A DNA stretch of 64,000 bases. Source: an uncultured cyanobacterium. GTDB lineage: Bacteria > Cyanobacteriota > Cyanobacteriia > Cyanobacteriales > Cyanobacteriaceae. The notes under the pieces are model-generated. The model saw only the letters and a list, made by a program, of their open reading frames with translations, did no database searches and was not told where the DNA came from. Every line of letters starts with the position of its first letter. Position 1 is the stretch's first letter. Below, in pieces: positions 55,278 to 64,000 of the stretch. The position numbers were made by a program, and so were the translations under genes. The stretch is from positions 288,001-352,000 of the forward strand of contig CAVVOP010000005.1 of assembly GCA_963749915.1 (NCBI GenBank), given 5' to 3'.

Positions 55278-55349
55278 GAGGCTGTAGTTCAATGGATAGA
55301 ACAAGAACCTCCTAAGTTCTAAATAACGGTTCAACTCCGTTCAGTCTCG
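55278..55349 (+). tRNA. trnR: tRNA-Arg(CCT)
   Basis: Cloverleaf: GAGGCTG/CAGTCTC, GTTC/GAAC, AGAAC-CTCCTAA-GTTCT, AACGG-TTCAACT-CCGTT. Confidence 0.9.
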
Positions 55350-55647
55350 CTTTGAGGCAACAGACTAGTCAATACTGTTCGGTTAGTGCGATTCCATTAG
55401 TGAGAAGTTAAATAAATGAGTAAAAAGTCAAGATTAAAGTAATAAAAGCTGTGGGGGCGACAATACTCTTCAATATAAGATATAACAAGGGATTAAAGAC
55501 GTTACCCTCAAAAAAGATCATCTTATTCAGACTATTGTAATACTAGTATTGATTGTTATGTTTATATTGCCTCATTTGTATCAAGAAAATTTGAAAAAAC
55601 AATAAAATCTAATTCGGTTCGACTATCCCCAGCAGTTTGATTTCTCC

Positions 55648-55751
55648 TAGTGGTCTGTCAAGATAGTTTTGAGGGACTGGGAACGGATAATTTTGGATTT
55701 TGGATTTTGGAGAATTGTTTTATCCCTCATTTCAAAATTGGCAGACCACTA
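55648..55751. mobile_element. About 104-bp IS630-type MITE
   Basis: TAGTGGTCTGTCAA...TTGGCAGACCACTA ends, TA-bounded; resembles the IS630 end at 42162. Confidence 0.8.
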
Positions 55752-55764
55752 GCTTGAAGTAACA

Positions 55765-56502
55765 TTAATTATTGCCCTTATTGTGTTTTTCGGGAAAGAG
55801 GGTAAATAATAATTTATTAATATAAACTTGCCCCACTACGGTGTTAACTTGGGGAGTGTTTTCTTCCCAAACATCCTTGTCCAGGATTTGCGTGTCAGTT
55901 TCTCGATTTTCTTTGACCCCTGGAGTGGGGGGTTTTTGCTCATTTTCTTGTATATTATCTTCTGTAAAATCGGCAATTTCTTGATTTTCTGTATCGGATA
56001 AATGGTGATTATTTTCTGCTGTTACCGGAGGATTCTCGGGGTCTGTTTTCTGGGAAAAGCCATTTTTAATGCCGTCAATAATCGTTTGAGTATGAGAGTG
56101 TGCAGTCTCCGATGTGGAATTTATGACTTCTTCTTCCCTCAAATTAACTTGTCGGGAGCGATCGCCAATAATTGAGCCGGCGGGAATAACGCTCATGGGC
56201 TCAATATTAGCATGATAAACCGTAACGGAGGCCCCCAGAGAAACCTGAGAGCCAACAATACAATTACCTAAAACTAAAGTACCCGATCCCAAAATAGCAT
56301 TTTCCTTAATTTCGACATTTCCATCATAGGCGGTAATAATAGTACCCATTCCCAAACAAACCCCAGCCCGAATAATGATTTTATATCCTTGAGTGGCATT
56401 CAAAATTACCCCAGAGGCGATCATAGCACTTCCATCAATGGTCACATCCCCCCGTATTTGGGTTGTATCTATAGAACTGGTTCGAAGAATGGGTAAGGGC
56501 AT
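55765..56502 (-). CDS. ccmN: Carboxysome protein CcmN
   Basis: Hexapeptide repeats; C-terminal VVGQVYINKLLFTLFP; likely start 56502. Confidence 0.93.
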   Translation of the reverse strand: MPLPILRTSSIDTTQIRGDVTIDGSAMIASGVILNATQGYKIIIRAGVCLGMGTIITAYDGNVEIKENAILGSGTLVLGNCIVGSQVSLGASVTVYHANIEPMSVIPAGSIIGDRSRQVNLREEEVINSTSETAHSHTQTIIDGIKNGFSQKTDPENPPVTAENNHHLSDTENQEIADFTEDNIQENEQKPPTPGVKENRETDTQILDKDVWEENTPQVNTVVGQVYINKLLFTLFPEKHNKGNN

Positions 56503-56539
56503 GAGTTCGGAGTTTGCAATAGGGGAGGACAGGGGGAAG

Positions 56540-56588
56540 TAATAGGTAATAGGTAATAGGTAATAGGTAATAGGTAATAGGTAATAGG
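56540..56588 (+). repeat. Heptamer tandem repeat (TAATAGG)x7
   Basis: Seven perfect copies between ccmM and ccmN. Confidence 0.95.
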
Positions 56589-56663
56589 TCATTCTGGAAC
56601 TGGCATCTTATCTGTCACTCCTAATTCTTAATTTCCCATTACTAATTCCTAATTCCTAATTAA

Positions 56664-58703
56664 TTACGGTCTTTGAATAATGGCTTCTAAAACCCTTCTT
56701 TTTGCTTGGGTGTCAATGCCAATTAAACGGACATATTCACCGCTATGATCTTTTAAACAGCCTTCTAAAGCCGAAATTACTTGACCTTCATTGTTACTCT
56801 CGATAGGAGAACAACTCTGCCAAGATTTAGTTTTGAAATGCCGTAAATCTGCGTGTTCTGTGCCGATACGATAGCCCTGAGATAGTAAAGAACGCACTTG
56901 ATCTAAAGTATTAGCATCGAGGGAACTACTACCGTTTTGAGTATGGGTATAAGCTGTTGCAGTGTTACTCGGCCATCCTCCCGACTCAAGAGACAACGCC
57001 TTCAAGTTGCTATGACTAGTAGAATTAGCATTGCTTGTTGCAGTAGTGGTAGAAGATTGTTTAGCTTGTCCCGGGCGCTGAATAATCATCTCCAACACTC
57101 GACGTTTTGCTTTGGTATCGATACCGATTAAACGGACATATTCACCGCTATGATCTTGAACACAAGCCTCTAAGGCGGAAATTATTTGACCTTCACTCGT
57201 ACCTTTTATTGGTGAGCAACTTTGCCAAGATTTAGTTTTGAAATGACGCACATCTGCGTGTTCAGTGCCTATTTGATAGCCTTGTGATAATAAACTACGA
57301 ACTTGGGCCATCGCTTCACCACTCAAACTACTGTTAACTACAGTTGCACCATTGCCCTGATTTCTGGGGGCTTGATAGCTAGAACCACCGTTACCACTAC
57401 TGCTGATCGTGGCAGTTTCTCCCGGACGTTGAATAATCACTTGAGATACACGACGTTTCGCTTGAGGATCAACTCCCACAAGTTGCACATATTGACCGCT
57501 AAAATCCGCTAAGTAACCTTGAATGGTATTGATAGCCTCATTGACGGATTTAGTCTTCACACTAGGTGCCGTTAACCAAGACTTGGTTTTAAAACGACGG
57601 GCATCGGCATATTCCACACCAATACTATAACCACCTTGAATTAAAGAACGAATTTCGTTAGCTAAATCACCGTTATCGTTACTAACAGGAGGGTGACCAT
57701 GACCATTACCATTTACTTTAGCAGTGTTACCATTACTAGCTTGTACGGGTGCAGGGGCATCCCCCGGACGTTGAATAATGGTTTCGGCTACTCGACGTTT
57801 AGCTTGAGGATCAACCCCAATTAAGCGGACATATTCGCCGTTATATTCATTTAATATATTGCCTAATTCTGTTAAGATTCCGCCTTCACTGGTAGCCTTT
57901 AAAGAAGCAGTTAACCAAGATTTGCTTTTAAAACGACGAGTGTTAGCGTGTTCGATACCAATGGTAAAACCTTGTCTTAACAGGGATTTAACTTGATTGA
58001 TTATATCTGTATTTAAACTCATATTAGTTACTGATTGATAACCATTAGTTTGATTATGGGTTGGGGTTTGCACGGGAGTATTTTCTTGTCTGATGGCATT
58101 AATGCAAGCATTATTTTGCGCACAGTGATAACCCGCCGCTAATGCCTCATTAATATGGACTACATGGGCTGCAAATTCTCGATCTTCAGGTTGAACATTC
58201 GGAAGGCGATCGGCTTGTTGTTGATTAGTAATCACCGAACCTGATGGCACATATTTCCCCGCCGGAATTTCCACATCCTGAATCAGAGCGTGCATCATGA
58301 CAATACAACCATCTCCCACTCTGGCATTAAAAACCGTCGATCGAAAACCAATAAAACACTTCTTACCCACATAGGCAGGACCATGAATTAAGACTAAATG
58401 GGTGATACAAGTATCCTCACCGATCCAAACGGAATAGTCTTGACCATCATCACCTTTTACTCTACCTTGCTCCAGTCCATGAATAACCACCCCATCCTGA
58501 ATGTTACTGCCATCACCAATGTGAAAAGGTGTACCTTCGTCAGCACGAATGGAAGTACCCGGGGCGATTAAAACATTTGCTCCGACTTTCACATCTCCAA
58601 TTAAATTAGAGAAGGAATGAACATAAGCACTATCATCCACTCTCGGTTCAGCCAAATTTTTAGACCAAGGAGTGGGTGGAGCCGCCGTTATAGGGACGCT
58701 CAC
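56664..58703 (-). CDS. ccmM: Carboxysome protein CcmM (gamma-CA plus four SSU-like repeats)
   Basis: AAPPTPWS; four EHA/EYA...RF/HF-K(S/T)KSW repeats; GGAGG before GTG. Confidence 0.98.
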   Translation of the reverse strand: MSVPITAAPPTPWSKNLAEPRVDDSAYVHSFSNLIGDVKVGANVLIAPGTSIRADEGTPFHIGDGSNIQDGVVIHGLEQGRVKGDDGQDYSVWIGEDTCITHLVLIHGPAYVGKKCFIGFRSTVFNARVGDGCIVMMHALIQDVEIPAGKYVPSGSVITNQQQADRLPNVQPEDREFAAHVVHINEALAAGYHCAQNNACINAIRQENTPVQTPTHNQTNGYQSVTNMSLNTDIINQVKSLLRQGFTIGIEHANTRRFKSKSWLTASLKATSEGGILTELGNILNEYNGEYVRLIGVDPQAKRRVAETIIQRPGDAPAPVQASNGNTAKVNGNGHGHPPVSNDNGDLANEIRSLIQGGYSIGVEYADARRFKTKSWLTAPSVKTKSVNEAINTIQGYLADFSGQYVQLVGVDPQAKRRVSQVIIQRPGETATISSSGNGGSSYQAPRNQGNGATVVNSSLSGEAMAQVRSLLSQGYQIGTEHADVRHFKTKSWQSCSPIKGTSEGQIISALEACVQDHSGEYVRLIGIDTKAKRRVLEMIIQRPGQAKQSSTTTATSNANSTSHSNLKALSLESGGWPSNTATAYTHTQNGSSSLDANTLDQVRSLLSQGYRIGTEHADLRHFKTKSWQSCSPIESNNEGQVISALEGCLKDHSGEYVRLIGIDTQAKRRVLEAIIQRP

Positions 58704-58862
58704 TATAAACCTCCACAATAATTATCTTACTGAATCTTTCAAGGACACTGATTAGGATGTTAAGAATATCTTTAGTAAGTAATGCTTTTGTCCTAATTTG
58801 TCCTCATGGATTGATTTTGTTTTAGTTGTTACAGATTAAAATTAAAATACCAAATAGAGTAT

Positions 58863-59171
58863 TTAATACATTCTTTCTGCATCTTTCTTGCTGTAAAGCA
58901 GATCTGATGTGGTTGTAACTGTATCTATAATGCCCACTACCATAGCATCCACTGGACGTTCTTCATGACCGGTTTCTTTTCGGGCGGCACTGCCACGGGT
59001 GACCAGAACCCATTCATTGATGCCAGCCCCTACAGTGTCCCCTGCTACTTCATAATTCAGTAGCTCATTACCATTAGCATCTAAAAATTGTACTAGCAAT
59101 AATTTGACTCCGGTTAAAGTCCGTGATTTATGGGTACTAACAACTGTACCACATACTTTGGCGATTTGCAT
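58863..59171 (-). CDS. ccmL: Carboxysome pentamer
   Basis: MQIAKVCGTVVST, GSAAR. Confidence 0.97.
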   Translation of the reverse strand: MQIAKVCGTVVSTHKSRTLTGVKLLLVQFLDANGNELLNYEVAGDTVGAGINEWVLVTRGSAARKETGHEERPVDAMVVGIIDTVTTTSDLLYSKKDAERMY

Positions 59172-59186
59172 TAATTTAATTCCTGA

Positions 59187-59525
59187 TTAAGATCTGCCCA
59201 AAGGACGAGGATTGATACTTTCTCTGAATTGTTCTACTTCTTCGGTGTAACGAATAGGTAATACGTATTCAAGATTTTCATGGGGACGAGCGATAATATG
59301 ATGGGACAAAACTTGACCACCTTTTACTCGTTTAACATTTTCAATACCGGCACTAACAGATGCTTGAACTTCAGAAACATCACCACGAACGATGACAGTT
59401 ACACGACCACTACCGATTTTTTCATAACCCACAAGAGTCACACGGGCGGCTTTAACCATAGCATCGGCCGCTTCAACTACGGCGGGAAACCCTAGAGTTT
59501 CAACCATTCCTACTGCAATTGACAT
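59187..59525 (-). CDS. ccmK1: Carboxysome hexamer with C-terminal extension
   Basis: BMC domain, KIGS pore, extension. Confidence 0.93.
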   Translation of the reverse strand: MSIAVGMVETLGFPAVVEAADAMVKAARVTLVGYEKIGSGRVTVIVRGDVSEVQASVSAGIENVKRVKGGQVLSHHIIARPHENLEYVLPIRYTEEVEQFRESINPRPLGRS

Positions 59526-59631
59526 ATTTTTTTTTGGATATTTTATATTGGAAATTTATAGATCAATAATTGAGAGTTTGATCTCTCTAACTTTGACGAT
59601 GAATTTTAGTCAACTATAAGGGGATGACTAA

Positions 59632-59943
59632 TTAATAACTACGGAATTGTTCTACCTCTTCAGTATAACGAATAGGTAATACATACTCGAGGTTTTCGTG
59701 AGGACGGGCAATGATATGAGTAGAAAGAACTTCTCCTCCCATTACTCTGTTCGCTGACTCAATCCCTGCGGATATTGAGGCCTGAACTTCAGATACATCA
59801 CCACGAATAATAACGGTAACACGACCGCTACCGATTTTTTCATAACCCACAAGAGTTACACGAGCCGCTTTAACCATAGCATCTGCGGCTTCTACTACTG
59901 CTGGAAACCCCAAGGTTTCAATCATTCCTACTGCAATTGACAT
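59632..59943 (-). CDS. ccmK2: Carboxysome hexamer
   Basis: [21 protein letters not shown]. Confidence 0.93.
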   Translation of the reverse strand: MSIAVGMIETLGFPAVVEAADAMVKAARVTLVGYEKIGSGRVTVIIRGDVSEVQASISAGIESANRVMGGEVLSTHIIARPHENLEYVLPIRYTEEVEQFRSY

Positions 59944-60375
59944 TTTATTTTTCCTTTGATACACTAAACTTACTAAAAATTGAACCCAGAGCCGCGACCA
60001 AAAAAGTTTTTATTTACTCACAATATTTACAGGACTAATAGACCCAGAAAAATTAGTTACTCGTAAAAAAAAATAATAAGTATTTTTACTTTGTTGGTTC
60101 GCCAATTAACTTTGTTTGATTCAAGATATTTTTTAATCTATCTAAAATAAGCATAGACAAGCATGGTAAGTTTGACAAGATAAATGATCATGATATTTAT
60201 TAATCTATTCCTTAATGATTCTTAATAAGTGGCTTTTAGAGTACTAATAAGAAAAGTAAATAGATAATAATAAATAGTTTTTAAATTAACAATACATAAT
60301 TATGAATTGTTAATTACACCCCATAATTTTGTATAATTAGCAAGTTTTATTTACAAAAGTTAAAAATATTTTACT

Positions 60376-61356
60376 ATGGCTATTTTAGTAACAGGTGGTG
60401 CTGGTTATATCGGTTCTCATACAGTTAAACTTCTAAAAAGTAAGGGCTATGATCTCCTAATATTCGATAATTTGGTTTATGGTCATCAGGATATTATCGA
60501 TAAATTAGAGGTCAATTTTATTCATGGTGATTTGAGCGATCGCCCATTGTTAGATAAAATTTTTCAAAAGTACAATATCGAAGCCGTTATCCATTTTGCT
60601 GCCTACGCTTATGTCGGTGAATCCATGGAAAACCCGGCTAAATACTATCGCAATAATATGGTTTCCACCCTTAACTTATTAGAAGCGATGGAGTCAGCCG
60701 GAGTGAAAAATATCGTCTTTTCTTCTACCTGTGCAACTTATGGAATTCCCAACGAAATTCCTATCACTGAAACTCACCCGCAAAATCCTATCAATACTTA
60801 CGGTTATACTAAGCTAGTAGTAGAAAAGATGTTGGCAGATTTTCAAAGGGCTTATGGTTGGGAATATGTAGCTTTTCGTTATTTTAATGCCGCTGGTGCT
60901 TCCGTTGATGGTTTAATCGGAGAGGATCATGATCCTGAACCTCATTTGATTCCTTTAGTTTTATATACTGCATTGGGAAAACGGGATTCCGTCTCTATTT
61001 TAGGGGATGATTACCCCACCCCAGACGGCACTTGTATTCGTGATTATATCCATGTGGAAGATTTAGCCCAAGCACATTTATTAGGGGTGGAATACCTCTT
61101 AAAAGGCGGTAAGAGTAAGGTTTTCAATCTCGGCAATGGAAATGGTTTTTCTGTTAAAGAAGTCATCGAAGCCGCCAAAAAAGTTACGCAAAAAGATTTT
61201 ACCGTGAAAATTGGCGATCGCCGTCCGGGAGATCCACCGATGTTAGTGGGCAGCGGCGAAAAAGCTCGTAAAATTCTCGGTTGGCAACCTCAATATCCAG
61301 ATATTGAAACAATTATTCGTCATGCTTGGCAGTGGCATCAGTCGAGACACAAATAA
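60376..61356 (+). CDS. galE: UDP-glucose 4-epimerase
   Basis: GGAGYIGSH, RYFNAAGA, DGTCIRDYIHV. Confidence 0.96.
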   Translation: MAILVTGGAGYIGSHTVKLLKSKGYDLLIFDNLVYGHQDIIDKLEVNFIHGDLSDRPLLDKIFQKYNIEAVIHFAAYAYVGESMENPAKYYRNNMVSTLNLLEAMESAGVKNIVFSSTCATYGIPNEIPITETHPQNPINTYGYTKLVVEKMLADFQRAYGWEYVAFRYFNAAGASVDGLIGEDHDPEPHLIPLVLYTALGKRDSVSILGDDYPTPDGTCIRDYIHVEDLAQAHLLGVEYLLKGGKSKVFNLGNGNGFSVKEVIEAAKKVTQKDFTVKIGDRRPGDPPMLVGSGEKARKILGWQPQYPDIETIIRHAWQWHQSRHK

Positions 61357-61389
61357 TTTATTTAAAGTGGATTGTGAATTGCTATATAT

Positions 61390-62064
61390 CTAATTTTCTC
61401 CAATATTCATTAAATAATTTTGGGCTTCTTCCGCTACTGCCACAGATTTATCTTGGGCCAGAATAGTTAAGACTTCTTTTGCCTGTTTACCTCTAAATTT
61501 ACTTAATGCTTGTGCCAAACGGTGACGAATTTGCCAATCGTCATTATTAACAAAGGGAGTTAACAAATTGACGGCACGAATATCTCCTAATTCCCCCAAT
61601 GCACTAATGGCAACAGTTTGCAATAATCCATTATCAGAATGTAAGGCATCGTTGAGTAAATCAAAACCCTCGGGATGCCCTAATTCTCCTAAGGCCGCCA
61701 CAATGCTAAATTGAATTAACCAGTCTGAGGTTTCATAATATACTTTTTTGAGATCTGGAAATGCTTGGGTGAGTCCTAGTCCAGCAATGGCATCGGCGGC
61801 AGCGGCACGAACATCGGATTCAGGATCGTTATATAATCTTTCTAATAGTATTTCTAGGGATTCTTCAAGATTTACGTCTCCTAAAGTGTCTAGTTGAGAA
61901 ATCGCCGCATAACGCACTCTTATATTATTATCCTGAACAATCGGTTTTACTAATTCGTATGCCGTTTCTTTATCTAGTTGTCTTAGTTCATTTATACCTC
62001 GAATGCGATCACCAAAATTTTGAGAATGTATTAATTCTTTGACAGATTCAGGTGTAATAGTCAT
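61390..62064 (-). CDS. nblB: HEAT-repeat phycobilisome degradation protein
   Basis: MTITPESVKELI, PBS-lyase HEAT repeats. Confidence 0.8.
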   Translation of the reverse strand: MTITPESVKELIHSQNFGDRIRGINELRQLDKETAYELVKPIVQDNNIRVRYAAISQLDTLGDVNLEESLEILLERLYNDPESDVRAAAADAIAGLGLTQAFPDLKKVYYETSDWLIQFSIVAALGELGHPEGFDLLNDALHSDNGLLQTVAISALGELGDIRAVNLLTPFVNNDDWQIRHRLAQALSKFRGKQAKEVLTILAQDKSVAVAEEAQNYLMNIGEN

Positions 62065-62153
62065 CTTTTTTTAGGTGATAATTGATAGTTAATAGTTTTT
62101 ATTGATTATTTGTCATTCAAAATTTTTCTCATAACGGGAATTTTTAAGAATAT

Positions 62154-62612
62154 TTATTCTGATGCCATAGCTCGAATAATGTCACCTTGAGTAATAATAC
62201 CGATTACTACGTCTTGCTCATCTAAAACAGGAAGACGGCGAATTTGTTTATCATGAAGTAGTTGTGCGGCTTTTTTAACGGGTTGATTACCTTTGACGGT
62301 AATAGGTTTCTCACTCATCACATCAGCGACAGTTTGCCCTAACGCTTTATGAATCTCTTTTTCGTAACGTCCGGGATTTTGTAAATAGATGATACTATCT
62401 AAAATCATGATATATGGTGGTGGCTCAACTCCCGTTTCTTGCCACATTAAATCACTCTCAGAAAGTATCCCCACTAATTCTCCTTTCTCATCAATAACGG
62501 GTAATCCACCTATTTTATGTTCAGCTAAAATGGTTATGGCTTCTTTTAAAGGCATCTTTGGTGTAACAGTTATGGGAGTGGGTGTCATTACCTCAGCAAT
62601 GGTTTTATTCAT
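62154..62612 (-). CDS. CBS-domain pair protein
   Basis: IGGLPV...ILSESD, IRRLPV...IITQGD. Confidence 0.92.
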   Translation of the reverse strand: MNKTIAEVMTPTPITVTPKMPLKEAITILAEHKIGGLPVIDEKGELVGILSESDLMWQETGVEPPPYIMILDSIIYLQNPGRYEKEIHKALGQTVADVMSEKPITVKGNQPVKKAAQLLHDKQIRRLPVLDEQDVVIGIITQGDIIRAMASE

Positions 62613-62816
62613 GATTTGATTTATTCCAAATTCTTAACACTAGTAATTGTATCAAAATGTACTGTCTGAATTTTTGATTTGTTTCATTTGTTTACTTGGA
62701 TAAGAAAATATGCTATGCAAATATATTTTTCCTTTGCCATTGTTAATTAATTGTTCATTGTTAGATGTTGAGGTACATTAAATAAAGTGATCAAGTTTAG
62801 ATATTAAGGATTCAGG

Positions 62817-64000
62817 GTGGAAAAAGGAACTTTAGTCGAATTTAAAGTAAATGGCCATCGCCGTTTAGCCGTAGTGGAAAAGCCAGAAGGGAAAAAAGAC
62901 TGGATTGCTATAGATGAAAAGGGAAACACCCACAAAATTCGCCCTCAAAAAGTAGATTATCAAATTGAAGGGCAATCTTTTAAATATGCCGAAATACAGC
63001 AATTCAAGGCAGAAGTTGAGCCTTATTTGGATGAATCTAATTTAGAAATAGCATGGGAATTATTAGCAGAAGAATCAACGGCAGTATCACCTTCAGATTT
63101 AGCCTCCTTAATTTTTTCCGAAGAAACCCCAGTGGTATGTTATGCAGCACATATTCTTCTGTCCGATGATAAAATTTATTTTAAGAAAAAAGGGCATGTT
63201 TATGAACCTCGATCGAAGACTCAAGTTGAAGAAATTAAGCATCAAATCGAAATAGAAGCACAGAAAAAACAAGAAAAAGAAGGTTTTATAGCCAAACTTC
63301 ATCAGGTTTTACAAGGGGAGAATGTCAAATGGGAAGAGAGGGACTCTGTTAAGCTCAACTTTCTAGAAAAATACGCCCTAGAACCCGATAACCCTCCCAA
63401 ACAAGCTCAAGACATTTTAGAATCTCTGGGAAGGGAGAAAAGTGGTGATTCTGCGGTGCAATTGCTGATAGACTTAAAACTATGGGATAAACACGAAAAT
63501 ATCTTTTTACGCCGTAGTTCTTATCCTAATTATTTTCCTCTACAGGTGTCCGCAGTGGCTAATACAATTCTCGCTCAATTTACTAATGGTAACATCCCCG
63601 ATGCCCATCATCGACTTGATTTAACCCACCAAAAAGTATATACCATTGATGATGAAAGTACCGAAGAAATCGACGATGGTTTAAGTGTGGAAACTTTGGA
63701 AGATGGTTCGTTGCGCTTTTGGATACATATAGCAGATCCTAGCCGTTTAATTGATCCTGATGATATTCTAGACCTGGAAGCCCGTAAACGCAGTACCAGT
63801 TTATACCTACCGACGGGAATGATTCCCATGTTTCCCCCGGAATTAGCCACAGGCCCGATGAGTCTGGTGCAAGGTAAAGTTTGCCCTGCATTGAGTTTTG
63901 GGGTTGTTCTTGGGGATCATGGAGAGGCTATAGACTATAAAATTCACTCTACTGTGATCAGGCCAACTTATCGCTTAACCTATCACGATGTTGATGAAAT
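62817..64000 (+). CDS. RNase II/R family exoribonuclease (5' part, runs off window)
   Basis: GTG start VEKGTLVEFK; YTIDDESTEEIDDGL, WIHIADP, SLYLPTGMIPMFP. Confidence 0.93.
   Translation, partial: MEKGTLVEFKVNGHRRLAVVEKPEGKKDWIAIDEKGNTHKIRPQKVDYQIEGQSFKYAEIQQFKAEVEPYLDESNLEIAWELLAEESTAVSPSDLASLIFSEETPVVCYAAHILLSDDKIYFKKKGHVYEPRSKTQVEEIKHQIEIEAQKKQEKEGFIAKLHQVLQGENVKWEERDSVKLNFLEKYALEPDNPPKQAQDILESLGREKSGDSAVQLLIDLKLWDKHENIFLRRSSYPNYFPLQVSAVANTILAQFTNGNIPDAHHRLDLTHQKVYTIDDESTEEIDDGLSVETLEDGSLRFWIHIADPSRLIDPDDILDLEARKRSTSLYLPTGMIPMFPPELATGPMSLVQGKVCPALSFGVVLGDHGEAIDYKIHSTVIRPTYRLTYHDVDE

Noticed and set aside
56503..56592. YYLLPIT-repeat N-terminal extension of CcmN
   Set aside because: Translation of the TAATAGG heptamer repeat; start is more likely 56502
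63108..63850. Two minus-strand ORFs
   Set aside because: Antisense to the RNase II/R gene

Overview
AT-rich chromosomal segment of a unicellular beta-cyanobacterium (frequent HIP1 GCGATCGC sites; gene content and composition suggest Cyanobacterium/Geminocystis-like, an inference). It is mostly housekeeping: apcABC, queA/queC, pnp, rnpB, hisD, serA, ribH, psbZ, psb27, rpiA, smpB, asd, rnc, dusA, tRNA-Arg(CCT), ccmK2K1LMN, galE and a partial RNase II. petG is present but missing from the ORF track. Accessory content: (1) a GrrP-GrrA-GrrA-GrrM radical-SAM cyclophane RiPP cluster with two duplicated, signal-peptide-bearing Gly/Arg-rich precursors; (2) a solitary dndE at the end of a Prx-flavoreductase-trmL run divergent from a PerR-like gene; (3) DUF1800/DUF1501 followed by egtD and an OvoA-type sulfoxide synthase; (4) a decayed island (IS630, internally deleted IS1634, high-GC sbtA fragment, MscS plus a degenerate ATPase-wHTH partner); (5) two MITE families with terminal inverted repeats and target duplications, and a P450 pseudogene. 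All calls come from reading the sequence; no searches were run.
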